From Eledone cirrhosa (Eukaryota), in contig OZ024749.1 in the NCBI GenBank assembly GCA_964016885.1, positions 33,914,001 to 33,978,000 on the forward strand: DNA of 64,000 nucleotides. Direction: 5' to 3'. Numbering within the stretch: the first letter of the stretch is position 1; each line of letters opens with the position of its first letter. Both the position numbers and the translations under genes were made by a program. A model generated the notes under the pieces. The model saw nothing but the letters and a program-made list of their open reading frames with translations. It had not been told where the DNA came from and searched no databases. Below are positions 1-14,717 of the stretch, one piece after another.

Positions 1-877
1 CTAAAACTCAAACTAACACCGATTTCAGGTTAATAATGGAGAACTCTATCATTCTCGAGAATTATCATAATTGATTATTATTACTAAGGCGGGGGTTTGG
101 CATAGCCATTAGAGCATCGTGCGAAATCTTATAGAGCTATTTGTTCTGGCTCCTTACGTTCTGATTTCAAATCTAACGGATGTCATCTTTACCTTTCCTT
201 CTTCCAGGGTCAATAAGATATTGTTAACGACCTATCCTCATCCTTCTTCACAATTGCTGATCTTGTGCCAATATTGGTATGGTATGGTATGGAGCCATAA
301 CTCCTGAGGAGTCTTAGGGGCGCCATATTGACATACAATGTTTCTATGGCATTTTTAAAACCTGGCGGAGCCCATCTCCTCTTCAGATTTCTTCCAGAGA
401 AGGATAGTGAGAGTGAGAGAAAGGAAGTGAGAAAGAGATTGGTAGAAGGAATCGACCCCAGTACTTGACTGGTACTTTTTTTATAGACCATAAATGGACG
501 AAATGCAAAGGTGAACTCGACGGTATTATGAACTCAGAGAGCAGAGCACCGAAATGAATACTACAAAGCATTCTATCCCACGTTCTAATGACTCTGGCAA
601 TTCGCCGCCTAGGTGCCAATATCAGAAATCATTATTAAGATGGTCAATTACTAAAATTGTTAGAGCGTCGAACATAATACATTTATGGTATTTAGTTACA
701 TCTTATTAAGTTCTCAGTTCAAACGCCATCAAGATTAACTTTGCTTTTCATCCTGCTCAGGTCGATAAAACAGAATATCAATCAAGTACGGTAATCAATT
801 AATCCACTTCCGACAACCACCCACCCATATTGCTGGCCTTGTGCCAAAATTAGAAATCATTATTATTGTAGCTGTTA

Positions 878-1100
878 GGGCGGTGGATTGGCAGTATCGG
901 TAGAGGGTCGGACACCATGCTTTGTAACTTAGAGTTACGGTCCTTTATAATTTGGGTTCAAATCCCGCCGAGGTTAACTTTGCCTTTCATCCTTACGGGA
1001 TCGATAAAATAAAGTACCAGTCACGCACTGGGGTCGATTTAATTGACTTTCCCCTCCCCCGAAATTGCTGGCCTTGTGCCTATATAAGAAACCATTATTA
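878..1100 (+). mobile_element. tRNA-derived SINE, family A, full length with TSD
   Basis: A-box-like TGGCAGTATCGG and B-box GGTTCAAATCC; body GAGGTTAACTTTGCCTTTCATCCTTACGGG..CGATAAAATAAAGTACCAG; ATT tail; 19-bp direct repeat CATTATTATTGTAGCTGTT at 858-876 and 1093-1111; many further copies in the window. Confidence 0.85.
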
Positions 1101-1221
1101 TTGTAGCTGTTTGTTTTGTTCTTGTCATTTATTTTGTGGGGGTGGGGTTGCAATCAAGTGTCTTATTATTTCATATTTTCCTTCTCCGTGTTTTTCTTTT
1201 CTTTTAATTCTTTTTAAACTC

Positions 1222-1372
1222 TATCATCAGCGTTACTATCGTCGTCATCATTATAACTACCATTATCATCATTATCGTCATCATTATCATTATCATTATC
1301 ATTATCATCATCATTATCATCATTATCGTCATCATTATCATTATCATCATCATCCTCATCATCATCATCATC
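1222..1372. repeat. (ATC/ATT)n trinucleotide microsatellite
   Basis: CATTAT/CATCAT repeats; source of the His/Tyr-rich and Asp/Asn-rich ORFs. Confidence 0.9.
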
Positions 1373-2277
1373 TTCAACATTTTCTGTTAGGAAACATTTC
1401 TGATATTTCCTCAATTTCGTCATAGTCGTTTGTTTCAGTGCCAAAAACAATCTAACATTAAACAAAACGACTCTAAAAACATTGTTTCTGTGCGCAATCT
1501 TATAGCTTCTTCTAGCTTCACTAAACTAATTGCCGACTATTTCTACCACTACTTTTCTTTATTTTTTTATTCAACACAATATTTCTACTTGCTTTACGCA
1601 AGTTCGTTTAAAAATAAAAATAGTTATTTTCATTTCATTTTCCCAAACTAAGATCATGGTTATAAGGTTGATAGGAAAGTAGGTTTTGGCTAATTGTGAA
1701 AATTTAAAAATATCCCATGCAAGCATAGATGTGAAATAAGTAACGAATATATCATCTTACCCAAAAGTAATGCCAAGAGCCTAATTGACAGTGCGAAATA
1801 AGCAGTTATATTTTCAAATAACCTGTTCCATGTCATTTTATCGTAACATAAAAACACGTCAGTTAGCTACGAATTTTCATAACCCCTTCGTTACTATATT
1901 TCTAATGAAGGACACTGTGAATAGTATTCAAATAATTTTGAAAACAAGAATTTTAATGGATTTAGTCAGACGCACTTCCCATTATTAACCATTTCCTTAC
2001 CATATTTCTAATGAAAGACAGCATGTCTGGTTTTAAAATCATTTTGAAATTAATAAAGAATTTTTTTTTTGCGGGGTAGTAAAACAACAAATTCTTTCGT
2101 TTTAAAGCTCTTTGTTGAAACATATCGAAAGGAGCACACATCGATTGTCTATGATATCAACCAATAACACATGAAACTTTGTTGGTTTATGCAACTGTAG
2201 CCACCAACATTGTATTCATTTAAGTTTTCATATTATAAGTATTTGAAATCAGGGACTGTTTAGGAGGTCAACCGATA

Positions 2278-2457
2278 TAATAATTGTTTCTACTTTTGGC
2301 ACAAGGGCAGCAATTACCCAGTATATTACTGGTACTTTATTTTATCGACCCCGTAAGGATGAAAGGCAAAGTTAAGCTCGGTGGGATTTGAACTCAGACC
2401 GTAAAGGGACGTAACTATGCTGGAAAGCATGGCGTCCGACTCTCTACCGATACTGCC
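2278..2457 (-). mobile_element. SINE family A copy
   Basis: Reverse complement of the family A consensus (TTGTTTCTACTTTTGGCACAAGG..GGTACTTTATTTTATCGACCCCGTAAGGATGAAAGGCAAAG..GGATTTGAACTC). Confidence 0.85.
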
Positions 2458-3293
2458 GTGGGATGTTTCTCGATAAATACTTTAGCGGTTTCGTATCAAA
2501 AGGGATAAATAAGATTTAAAATTATAATGTGAAACTGGAGCACGTAAAACCTATAAAAACTGAAATTAACTCTGCAGCCTTAAGCCAACACAATGGATAT
2601 ATTACCCACTGTACAATTATATTAAAGTCTCTTCAAGAAAATACGAAACATAAATACTAAATACCAGTAGCAGAACAACACTTCATTAAATATCAACTGT
2701 ATTGCTAATTAACACGCTTTAATTATTGAGAAAATAGTAATTAGTGAAACTAAACTGTGCAGCTAATAACACAGCAAATTGTAGCATAAGTGTCTGTGGA
2801 ATTGTAATTAACAACTGGTTTAAAGTGTTGTTTTCTAGGCTTGATAAGTCGCATGGACGTAATATGGCCGCAGACTTGTGTCTGCTAGAGATTACCTCTG
2901 CACGTCAGAGAAAGAAGATAGTCATACAATCGATGTAGGGACATGATGAAAACCTATTGCTTTGCAATCATATATCCGCGTTATCGGTACAACTATGTGG
3001 CACGTTGGTCATGTATTATTTACAATAGCTTTGGGTCGATCTAAGATTTGTAGATGAAATAAGGTAAACCAAAAACTTTGTGAAGGGCCGACAGATACTG
3101 TATCTATAATCTAAATGGACTAGTCTTGCAACAGACTCAAACTGTACCATGCTGAATCTCTCCCGAGAATTGTATTAAGAGTGCGCGCGTCTGTGGAATG
3201 CTCAACCACTTAAACGTGAATTTCAAGAGCAGGTTACTCGAAACGACGAGGAATATAAAGCTGTAATATCTAGGTGCAGAGAGTAGTAGTATT

Positions 3294-3349
<56 letters not shown>

Positions 3350-3354
3350 TTATA

Positions 3355-3412
<58 letters not shown>

Positions 3413-3510
3413 TGTGTGTGTATGTAAAAGGTAAGCAGAAATAACAACACAATCTGTACAGTATATGGAAGGTATATATTAGGTTAACACTTGATATAGC
3501 AGGAAGAGAG

Positions 3511-3546
3511 TCTTAACGTTTCGGGCGTTAGTCCTTCATCAGAAGA
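3511..3546 (-). ncRNA. minimal type I hammerhead ribozyme motif
   Basis: Minus strand TCTT-CTGATGA-AGGAC TAAC GCCC-GAAAC GTT-AAGA; stem I TCTT/AAGA; palindromic stem III AACGTT; homologue of 25397-25432. Confidence 0.75.
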
Positions 3547-3895
3547 AAGATTAAGAGATAAAATAGATTAAGGGGACGGGCGGGATGGAATTGGAAAAAA
3601 TGTCTTTGTACATCGTTTCGTTAAAATAACGGTAATATTCATTCCTGTTATAATAACCACTTCAGAATCCATATATACATATATATCCAAAATTAAGATA
3701 AATCGTTTCATGTGTTTATTTATATGTTAATCAATTTCTAGTTGTTATATATATATATATACACAGAGGTATCCACTGTAAGTTGTGGGGTCTATTCTGC
3801 ATGAAGAACTCGATGTAATCCATATGTTGAAAATGTTGTAGGTTAAGATAAATCTCAGAAAACAATAAAACATTAAAAGGAAAACAGAGTCATGA

Positions 3896-4226
3896 TATAA
3901 GTTAAAACAATGAAATAAAAAATCAAGTCATTAGAGATATACTTCACTGCTTTACGATCGTTTCTAGAAACTGATAATACAATGTATCTATACTCAGTTA
4001 TTGATGTAAGTTTACAAACTATCAGATAGAGAGAATATTTACTTACTTTGCTTTTGAAAACAGCTGGTGATATGCATGTAAGTAAATATTCTCTCTATCT
4101 GATAGTTTGTAAACTTACATAGATCAATAACTGAGTATAGATACAATGTATTATCACCATCTAGAAACGATCGTAAAGCAGTGAAGTATATCTCTAATGA
4201 CTTGATTTTTTATTTCATTGTTTTAA

Positions 4227-4232
<6 letters not shown>
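3896..4232. repeat. long inverted repeat, ~150-bp arms, 31-bp spacer, right arm abutting (TA)n
   Basis: 3896-4046 is the near-perfect reverse complement of 4078-4232. Confidence 0.9.
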
Positions 4233-4309
<77 letters not shown>

Positions 4310-4404
4310 CGGGTGACCGAACTAGAAACTGCTAAATGTGTGGCCGCCCTCTTATCTCTCTGCTTTTTCAGCCCCATGGATTATATTCCTTTGTTAAATT
4401 TCGA

Positions 4405-4462
4405 ATACCTGATGATGTCACCGGATTCATACTGAACCCGGTCATTGAAATGTTCATAGTAT
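4405..4462 (+). ncRNA. type I hammerhead ribozyme motif
   Basis: ATAC-CTGATGA-[TGTCACCGG ATTCA TAC TGAAC CCGGTCAT]T-GAAA TGTTCA TA-GTAT; stem I ATAC/GTAT. Confidence 0.7.
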
Positions 4463-4762
4463 AATCAACGTTTTAAGGAATTACACCAGTCCAACCTCCT
4501 GTTATTTTATAATAATTAACTTGGTACTCGCACCACGAACAACACAAACGAAGACAGGTGAGTTGCATTACGTCGAGTGCTCTCCCTAATATTACATCGA
4601 GGTTGACCATACGGAATGACCAGTTCTATCCAGTTGTGAACCAACAAACCTAAATGTATATATATATATACTATCCCGATATGCAAATTAGGCTGCTCAG
4701 CCGTTAATATGCATAAGGAAAGTATATACTTTCAAACATTCAATCATCTGACAGGAAGGTAT

Positions 4763-4805
4763 ACGATGCTGATGATAGCTAATAAGCTTGAAACTAGTTC
4801 ATCGT
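4763..4805 (+). ncRNA. minimal type I hammerhead ribozyme motif
   Basis: ACGATG-CTGATGA-T AGCT AATA AGCT T-GAAAC TA GTT-CATCGT; 6-bp stem I; palindromic stem III AACTAGTT. Confidence 0.8.
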
Positions 4806-4924
4806 TCCTTTGTCAGTGTTGAACAAAAGGGCGACGATGGTTGCCGAACACTGTACGGCTTAATTCGGGCTGTTTGTTTACAAACAAACCGCACATTATA
4901 ATAAATGTTAGGTAAACCCATACG

Positions 4925-4957
<33 letters not shown>

Positions 4958-5081
4958 ATGTGTGTATATATATACATACTACTGTACGTCTGTACACATA
5001 TATGTATGTAGGTATACATACTTATATTTAGGTATCAGCCGTACTAAGAGTGAGATATGAAACTTCGTTTCATTCTTTTCC

Positions 5082-5121
<40 letters not shown>

Positions 5122-5526
5122 CCGTCTATAAAATGTTATACTTTAGTCATTTGTCAATGTGTGGCTATAATAGACGACACTTTCCCGCGATGCTACGCAG
5201 TGCGCCTGAAACTGACACTACATGGTTATGAAGCAAACTTTTAACAGTTGTTCCAGTCAAACCAGAGTATTTAGAACTAGATATTATGCAACCACATTTG
5301 TTAGAGCAGATTCCATCAGGTCGTTGATCTACTAATTAGGAATATTACATTTGCTGAACATCACAAAAAAAAACATTGGGCACATAGGAATATGTCGAGT
5401 AGATACAATAGAGAGAATACATTTAAACCTCTTGGTTGGAAGACTGTCAGGGTCTTGGTGACAGAAACAAACTAGAGAACTAAACATGTATACATGTATA
5501 TACATATATATACATACGTAGATATA

Positions 5527-5570
<44 letters not shown>

Positions 5571-5603
5571 CGTAGATATATATATATATATATATACATA
5601 CGT

Positions 5604-5654
<51 letters not shown>

Positions 5655-5881
5655 CGTAGATATATAGATATATATATAGATATATATATATATAGATAGA
5701 TATATATAATATTAATACAATAACAGAGATAGTTTAAAGCTAATCTCTGACTGGTAACCATCTCACTCAACAAACATTAGGTTATATTTTAATATAAACC
5801 CAATTTAAGTGTTTGGGGTGCTAACAATCTGTATTATGTGGAAAAGCCAGTTGTATTATTTTACGAGATATAATTAAAGTT

Positions 5882-5960
<79 letters not shown>

Positions 5961-5965
<5 letters not shown>

Positions 5966-6124
5966 TAGATTAAAGTTTAAGCAAAGAATCTTTTGCTTAA
6001 GATTCTTTGCTTAAACTTTAATCTGTTATTTTAATAAATATTTGCTCTACGGTTCTTATATATCTGATATATATTTAGCCTTATCGATCCCTCTTTGGAT
6101 TTTAGTCTTCAAATTTATTATTAT

Positions 6125-6128
<4 letters not shown>
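5961..6128 (+). mobile_element. HHR-associated TA-island family P1, 3' fragment with short fold-back
   Basis: GATTAAAGTTTAAGCAAAGAATC..GATTCTTTGCTTAAACTTTAATC hairpin followed by the family 3' end TTGGATTTTAGTCTTCAAATTTATTATTATTAC and (TA)n. Confidence 0.75.
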
Positions 6129-6191
<63 letters not shown>

Positions 6192-6301
6192 TGAATATAT
6201 GAGAGGGATGAACACCAATACAAGTATACATGTGTTCGAATTGCAAATGACCAAGTTAGCTAGGTTGAAAAGTAGTAATTTAAACCCTAACTCAATATAT
6301 G

Positions 6302-6383
<82 letters not shown>

Positions 6384-6555
6384 ATGCATGCGTGTGTGTG
6401 CACTTGTACGTGTATTTATATCTATCAATTTATCTCTACCCATCTCTCTCTCACACAGATATATACAACAATATATATCTGTGTGAGAGAGAGATGGGTA
6501 GAGATAAATTGATAGATAGATTGATATATAGACAGAGAGACAGACAGATAGATAG

Positions 6556-6631
<76 letters not shown>

Positions 6632-6679
6632 GGGGGGAGAAGGTGCACGCGTATACCATTGTATACAACGCCATCTAGT

Positions 6680-7030
6680 AACATATAGTACAATTCATCG
6701 TGTGACACATGTGTATATAATTGGAAGTCTAACTCTTTCTACCTCTCAAATAACTTAGGCAACATGGAGCTATAAGAATAACAACAATTATCACACTTTG
6801 TAAAGACAAATATAAATAAAGAGAAAACGACGCAACAGAAAGTAAAACAAAATTTCACTCAATCACAGCAAAGCTATTACATCTTGGCAACATTTATCAT
6901 CTATTAAATTAGTTTGATTATTCAGAACCATTCTTCACATTCTATTTATTATTCCAAATACATGTTGTTCGTCATGAGTTTGACATCAAAATACGTGATG
7001 TCAGTTTGTCACCGTTACTTGTAGGTTTAT
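6680..7030. mobile_element. dispersed repeat; inverted homologue at ~13475-13825, partial copy at 11778-11832
   Basis: High identity to the reverse complement of 13475-13825 (TGAGTTTGACATCAAAATACGTGATGTCAGTTTGTCACCGTT etc.). Confidence 0.75.
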
Positions 7031-7150
7031 ATTGAATATGTGTAAAAAATATATAAAACTGTTTAACATTGATTAGTACTCTCTCTCTCTCTCTCTCTCT
7101 CTTCCTCTCTCTCTCTATGTATATATGTATATACATATATATATACAACA

Positions 7151-7182
<32 letters not shown>

Positions 7183-7185
<3 letters not shown>

Positions 7186-7420
7186 GGAACAAGTATGACC
7201 CCGACGGCAGAGCTCAAGCCGTTTCGACGGCTATTTCTGGACTAAGTAAGAATTTTTACCAGGCTAAAAATTCTTACTTAGTCCAGAAATAGCCGAAAAA
7301 CGGCTTGAGCTCTGCCGTCCGAGTCATACTTGTTCCTATTACCCACTCTAGTACACTAAGTATTGAGTACTTTGGTGCGTTATGGTCCATCTGGTTCCTT
7401 ACCACAATTCCTTCGTTATA
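7183..7420 (+). mobile_element. TA-island family P2 with ~75-bp-arm fold-back
   Basis: 7183-7258 inverted to 7265-7339; continues to the family 3' end CTGGTTCCTTACCACAATTCCTTCGT then TATATA. Confidence 0.8.
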
Positions 7421-7426
7421 TATCAG

Positions 7427-7477
<51 letters not shown>

Positions 7478-7554
7478 CCCGTTAAGGGTGAAAGCAGCGA
7501 TTCTTTGCTTAAACTTTAATCTGTTATTTTAATAAATATGTATGTATGTATATA

Positions 7555-7591
<37 letters not shown>

Positions 7592-7597
7592 GTATAC

Positions 7598-7689
<92 letters not shown>

Positions 7690-7743
7690 ACATATATATA
7701 TATATATGTATGTATACATATATATATATATATGTATGTATAC

Positions 7744-7822
<79 letters not shown>

Positions 7823-7837
7823 TAAATATAAATATAT

Positions 7838-7899
<62 letters not shown>

Positions 7900-8045
7900 T
7901 TTGTTGAGATTCAACAAGCTTAAACATTTTATAACTGATATAAAGCACTCAATAGATTAGCGGAGTAATGACTATCCAGGGAACTTCAATCGTTAAGGTT
8001 GTCTTTTTTCCGGGTATGTCAATATTTATTTATAAAACAAATCTG

Positions 8046-8111
8046 TATTTTATCTGATGAAAGCGCACCTTAATTTGCCTTGGTTGCCCTTGAAATATAT
8101 ATAATAAAATA
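8046..8111 (+). ncRNA. type I hammerhead ribozyme motif
   Basis: TATTTTAT-CTGATGA-AAGCGCACC..GGTTGCCCTT-GAAA TATATA TA-ATAAAATA; 8-bp stem I; palindromic stem III. Confidence 0.8.
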
Positions 8112-8320
8112 ATTATGGTTTTATAAATATAGTTTCCATTTATTAATATATTGTATATATATATATATATATATACATATATATAAATAATAAATATTTG
8201 CTCTGCGGTTATTATATATTTGATATATATTATCCTTATCGAGCCCTCTTTGGATTTTAGTCTTCAAATTTATTATTATTACTATACATATATATATATA
8301 TATGTTTATATGTATGAATG

Positions 8321-8351
<31 letters not shown>

Positions 8352-8455
8352 ATATATATATATATATGTTTATATGTATGTGTATATATATGTTTATATG
8401 TATATATATATGTGTGTGTATATATATATATATTATATATATATATATATATATG

Positions 8456-8492
<37 letters not shown>

Positions 8493-8515
8493 ATATATAT
8501 ATATATATGTATGTA

Positions 8516-8548
<33 letters not shown>

Positions 8549-8800
8549 GTATATGTGTGTATATATATGTGTGTGTTGTAAATTCATGTGTACTATACAT
8601 TAACATTTAAGTAGGAAAATAGTTTATGTTGTTATGAAAGAAACATACTGAGTGTCTGTGAGAAATATTGACAGAGAGTGAGAAGGAGGAGTGACAGTTA
8701 GAGAGAATGGGAGAGTGAGGGAGGGGGTGGGGAGATTTGTACAATAGAGAGGGAGGGGTGAGAGAGTGAGTGAGAAAGGGTATGAGGGAGGTGCAATCTT

Positions 8801-8840
<40 letters not shown>

Positions 8841-8926
8841 AAAAAAGTTTGTCCTTCTTCAGTGATCTTCCAACCATCATAGGCATTTCATGGTTGGAAG
8901 ATCACTGATGAAGGACAAACTTTTTT
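8841..8926. repeat. fold-back palindrome in a TA island; family also at 14454-14615
   Basis: AAAAAAGTTTGTCCTTCTTCAGTGATCTTCCAACCAT / ATGGTTGGAAGATCACTGATGAAGGACAAACTTTTTT. Confidence 0.85.
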
Positions 8927-9257
8927 CATATGTAACCCATTTGCAACTCCGCAGCGCCCTTATTATCATATATATATATTATATATATCACATATTTTTT
9001 TATTTGTTTGACCCGAATTACTTGGTCGTTTCTATGGTTGTGCGGATGACGGTTTAACCATCGTCTCAGTGTGTGTGGCCTTTAACGTATGTTGTAGCTC
9101 TGGTTCGTCAGAATTATTGAGCGCTTGCCACACATCTCGGAAGTTGTTTTTCGCTAATTCCAAAGCCGAAATACGATTCTCGCTAATTTATATTCATTTA
9201 TATAAATATATATAAATATAAATAATATATATATATATATATATATATAAATATAAA

Positions 9258-9306
<49 letters not shown>

Positions 9307-9315
9307 ATATATTTA

Positions 9316-9391
<76 letters not shown>

Positions 9392-9410
9392 ATATATAAT
9401 ATATATTTAT

Positions 9411-9531
<121 letters not shown>

Positions 9532-9655
9532 ATTTATAGAGCGAGACAGGTTGAGACAGCGAAACATATATATAGAGAGACAGGAGTGAGGAGAAATAGA
9601 TAGTCAAAGGTAGAAAGAGAGAGAGAGGGAGAGAGAGGGGAGAGAGAGGGAGAGA

Positions 9656-9732
<77 letters not shown>

Positions 9733-10040
9733 GAAAGAATAGAGATGATGGGCTATTGACGTTATAGGCGGTAGGTTGTGAATATAAAATGACCAAGCGA
9801 AGTAAAATACTAGCAAGTAGGTTTAACTAGTATGTAATTAAAGGCGAATAGCTCAGTCTAAATATCCTTCTAATGATCAGTTAGCTAAACTCAACCACTG
9901 AACATGTTCGGAAACTTAATCTAGTAATTATGTGTAATCAATAAGTTATTATTAAGTCAGTAGTAGTTATACTATTTATAATGGTATATATATATATATA
10001 TGTGTGTGTGTATGTTTATATATATATATATATATATGCC

Positions 10041-10071
<31 letters not shown>

Positions 10072-10224
10072 TACATATATATATATGTGTATATGCATAT
10101 TTGTATATTTATATATACACACACACATACATATATGTATGTATATTTATTCACACACACACACACACACACACACTTATATATATATACTCGTATACAC
10201 ACACACATACATATATGTATATTT

Positions 10225-10281
<57 letters not shown>

Positions 10282-10720
10282 ACACACACATACACACACA
10301 CACACACACTTATATATATATACTCGTAAATAGTGCTGTTTTTATATTTAGGCATAACATATATTTTCGCCCGTCATGTCTAGCCGATTCAGCAATTTCG
10401 TCAGGCAAAGATTTAAGATTTAATAAGAGATGTTAAGGCGTTGAATAGAATGGCGTTGGGATATCTATTGCGGCACTCTGCGTTCAAATTCCGCTGATGC
10501 CATCTTTGTATTTCAACATATCTGGGTCGAGAAATGAAGTACCAATCAAGCCCTGGGATCGATTTCTCTGTTGCCTCCTCTCTTTTCGCTCTTTCCCCTC
10601 TCTCTACTATTTCTATCTCCCCTATCTCTCTCATTCTCACTTTCCGTTTAGGCTGTGTGTAGGTGTCCAAAGTGTAGGCTTTCTATTTTATGTATTATTT
10701 TCATCTATCTATTGATGAAA

Positions 10721-10900
10721 TAATTGTCTCTATTTTAGGCACAAGGCCAGCAATTACACAGTACATTACTGGTACTTTATTTTATCGACCCCGTAAGGAT
10801 GAAAGGCAAAGTTAACCTCGGCGGGATTTGAACTCAGATCATAAAGGGACGTAACTCTATGCTTCAAAGCATGGCGTCCGACTCTCTACCGATACTGCCA
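10721..10900 (-). mobile_element. SINE family A copy
   Basis: Matches the family A consensus; ATGAAATAAT duplicated at both ends. Confidence 0.85.
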
Positions 10901-10978
10901 AATGAAATAATATTGTACGGAACCTTATAGTGTTTTCCTACTATGCAAGTGTTATTATAAATATATATATATATATAT

Positions 10979-11174
10979 TAAAATAAGAGATTAAAGTTTA
11001 AGCAAAGAATCGCTGCTTTCACCCTTAATGGGATCCCGTTAAGGGTTAAAGCAGCGATTCTTTGCTTAAACTTTAATCTCTTATTTTATAAATATTTGCT
11101 CTACGGTTTTTATATAATTAATATATATTTATCCTTATCGAGCCCTCTTTGGACCTTAGTCTTCACATTTATTA

Positions 11175-11175
<1 letters not shown>
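10979..11175 (+). mobile_element. family P1 copy with loop-less palindrome centred on HHR stem II (GGGA|TCCC at 11033/11034)
   Basis: 10979-11033 inverted to 11034-11088; both arms carry the private variant ATAAGAGAT/ATCTCTTAT. Confidence 0.85.
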
Positions 11176-11208
<33 letters not shown>

Positions 11209-12041
11209 TATAATTATTATATATATATATATGTAATTATTATTATTATATATATATATATATATATTATTATTATTATATTATATATATATATAATACA
11301 CATATATATATATATATATATATATAATAAACTTATACCAAAATATCATTTGCTGCTATTTCTAGCATCGTTATAAGCTCGTCATATAGTCCTAGTATAT
11401 TTAGTGAGATTTGTTCATTTAATAGTCCAACAAAGCAATGTATTGGACACCACGCTGTTTTCCACAGCTAAATGGTCTATATACATTATGATCTATATCT
11501 CCTCTAGTTCTAAAGTATTTCTACTTGATAATGTTTCTTCCAATATTCGTTGTTCCAATGATTTTAAATAATCAATATTGTTTGTTTTATTCCTGAAACC
11601 ATGGCAGGGAGACAATTATATGAGCTAGAGTAACTTACTTTAGTCGGTCTGATATTTTGGCATAAAGTTTAATATGTTAAATTACTTCACTGTGTGCGGT
11701 ATTTTATCTCTATATGTTATCCATTTATTGAAATGCCTAAGTATTAGAGACAAATAACATTCTAACTGATATATATATGAGTTTGACATCAAAATACGTG
11801 ATGTCAGTTTGTCACCGTTACTTGTAGGTTTATAGGTTTGAGCCTCAGCCGTCAGGGTCCTACTCGTTCCTATTACCCACTCTACTACACTAAGTATTGA
11901 GTACTTTGGTGCGTTATGGTCCACCTGGTTCCTTACTACATTTTCAGATATGTATATATATATATATAGGAAAGTAAAAATCGACAACAACGCAGGAGTA
12001 AATGTTACAAAAGGCTTAGTGAGGGTGTGGAGTGTGGGTGC

Positions 12042-12068
12042 GATGTTCGGGCATAAGCCCTTCATCAG
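12042..12068 (-). ncRNA. degenerate minimal hammerhead core, family P4 (island ~11965-12100)
   Basis: Minus strand CTGATGA-AGGGC TTAT GCCC-GAAC ATC (one core A lost); island is the inverted homologue of 14656-14792. Confidence 0.6.
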
Positions 12069-12096
12069 GAGAATGGGGAGGAGGAGAAATTCCGAG

Positions 12097-12157
<61 letters not shown>

Positions 12158-12487
12158 AGTAAAATGACAGGAGGCTGGACTGGTGCAATTCCTTCAAAGA
12201 TTTATTACAAACACTATGCACATGTCAATGTGCAGGAATGACCTTGGGTTTTGCTCCTAGAAGGTTCCAGTCAGATTAACAAGCCTGAGCAAGGTGCTTT
12301 ATGAATGAGCAGTTGCTTATGCATACCTGCCTCTCCTCTCCAGGCCACCGATGTAAAGGAAAGGCAAAGTGTCTTCCTCACGGACACAACGCATCGTCCG
12401 GTCAAGCAATCGAACCTCAAGAATTGAGAATCCAATTGTCACATACCTATTTATATCTGTGTGAAGACCCGTTTATATATATATATA

Positions 12488-12541
<54 letters not shown>

Positions 12542-12552
12542 ATATATATATC

Positions 12553-12706
<154 letters not shown>

Positions 12707-12796
12707 ATGGAAAAATTTGAACAGGGACAAAACAGAGAGGCAGTACAATAAATGTTTATTAATTTCACGCTCAGGAGAGTGGGGGGTAAGTGGGGG

Positions 12797-12828
12797 ACGA
12801 CGTTTCGGGCATAAGCCCTTCCTCAGGT
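12797..12828 (-). ncRNA. minimal hammerhead ribozyme motif
   Basis: Minus strand AC-CTGAGGA-AGGGC TTAT GCCC-GAAAC GTC-GT; GUC triplet; stem I only 2 bp. Confidence 0.65.
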
Positions 12829-12913
12829 GAGAAGTGTGTGGGAACAGAGTTCAAAAGGTGTGTAGGGGAGTGGTGGAGAGACATATAGCGAAAGGAAACG
12901 GTGCGAATGAATA

Positions 12914-12975
<62 letters not shown>

Positions 12976-14287
12976 TATATATATATATATATGGCAACAA
13001 AGAAGGTGTGGTAAGATACCAGGTGGACCATAATACACCAGAGTACTCAATATTTAGGGTAGTAGAGTGGGTAATATGAAAAGTGTCAGGAACTCGACGC
13101 CTGAGCTACGGCCGAACAGCTAGATCAGAACGCTTGTCGAAACGGCCAGAGCTCAACCGTCGGGGGTCCTGACTCTTTTCTTATATATATTTATATATAT
13201 ATATATATATATATACAAGTACATATGCAGTTGCATGAACACACGTGTCTACCCGTCTTTATATATGCATATATTTAATACAATACATTAATATATTTTT
13301 ACATTAAAATTCCCACATAAGGAAATACCGAGTATAGAATACAATATATATATAATATATAAAGAGAGAGAGGGGGGGAGATAGATAGAGAGAGAGAGAA
13401 AGAGAGAAGAAAAAGAAAGAGAGAGAATTAAACAGTGTTATACATTTTTTACACATATTCAATATAAACCTACAAGAACGGTGACAAACTGACATCACGT
13501 ATTTTGATGTCAAACTCATGACGAACAACATGTATTGGAATAATAAATAGAATGTGAAGAATGGTTCTGAATAATCAAACTAATTTAATAGATGATAAAT
13601 GTTGCCAAGATGTAATAGCTTTGCTGTGATTGAGTGAAAATTTTGTTTTACTTTCTGTTGCGTTGTTTTTCTGTTTTGATTTGTTTTCTCTTTATTTATA
13701 TTTGTCTTTCCCAAGTGTGATAATTGTTGTTATTTTTATAGCTCCATGTTGTCTAAGTTATTTGAGTGGTAGAAAGAGTTAGACTTCCAATTATGTACAC
13801 ATGTGTCACACGATGAATTGCACTATAAATTACAAGATGGCGCGCGTGTGTGTGTGTGTGTGCGCGCGAGCGGATGCTGTGTGTGTTCATATATATATAT
13901 ATATATATAATATATATACGTAATATAATATATATATAACATATATAATGTATATATACACATATATATATATATATTATATGACATAATCCGCTTTTTG
14001 TATGCTCCATCACTATTTTGTATTTTAGGGCGGCTGTTTCTATACAAAAGAAAAAAAGCAACTTACCGGTTTAATTGTGCTCTACTCACTCAATGGAAGT
14101 GTTTATTATAAATACCTGGTTGATATAATAAATTGGTTCCATTTGAGAAATCCATGGAGTATTTTGGTAAATATTGGTTATTTGAAAAGCGAGGCATATT
14201 TGTTGATATTCAATTATACATTTATTAATACTTGAGGCACTCTTACACGTGTTTCCATACATTACCTAACTTCTGGCCTGTGTAAAT

Positions 14288-14457
<170 letters not shown>

Positions 14458-14610
14458 AAGTGAGTCCTTCATCAGTGACCCTCCAACCGTCCTCGGCATT
14501 TCATCGCTTTAAGGGGCATATGCCTCAGGTTGGTGCGAACAACGGCTAAAAAAAGTCGTTGGGACACGTAAATAAAGGGGGACGCTAGAGTAACAACAAA
14601 AAGGTTTAAG

Positions 14611-14659
<49 letters not shown>

Positions 14660-14689
14660 CCTCTCGGAATTCCTCCTCCTCCCACTCTC

Positions 14690-14717
14690 CTGATGAAGGG
14701 CTTATGCCCGAAACATC
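14690..14717 (+). ncRNA. minimal hammerhead core, family P4
   Basis: CTGATGA-AGGGC TTAT GCCC-GAAAC ATC; stem I not evident. Confidence 0.6.

Noticed and set aside
4130-4182. CTGAGTA-TAGA..TCTA-GAAACGATCGTA inside the 3896 hairpin
   Set aside because: Suggestive palindromic stem III, but the core is mismatched and there is no stem I
10345-10402. Minus strand CTGACGA..GAAA; also CTGAAGA..GAAA at 24210-24227(-) and 59421-59455
   Set aside because: Stems I and II do not pair convincingly; probably chance or heavily decayed
11340-11770. Possible decayed PLE GIY-YIG C-terminus on the minus strand
   Set aside because: Only vague similarity across several frameshifts; needs TBLASTN
14483-14533. 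HHR-like CCAAC-CTGAGGC..GAAA..GTTGG on the minus strand
   Set aside because: Stem I pairs, but core A9, stem II and the NUH site are broken; too degenerate to call
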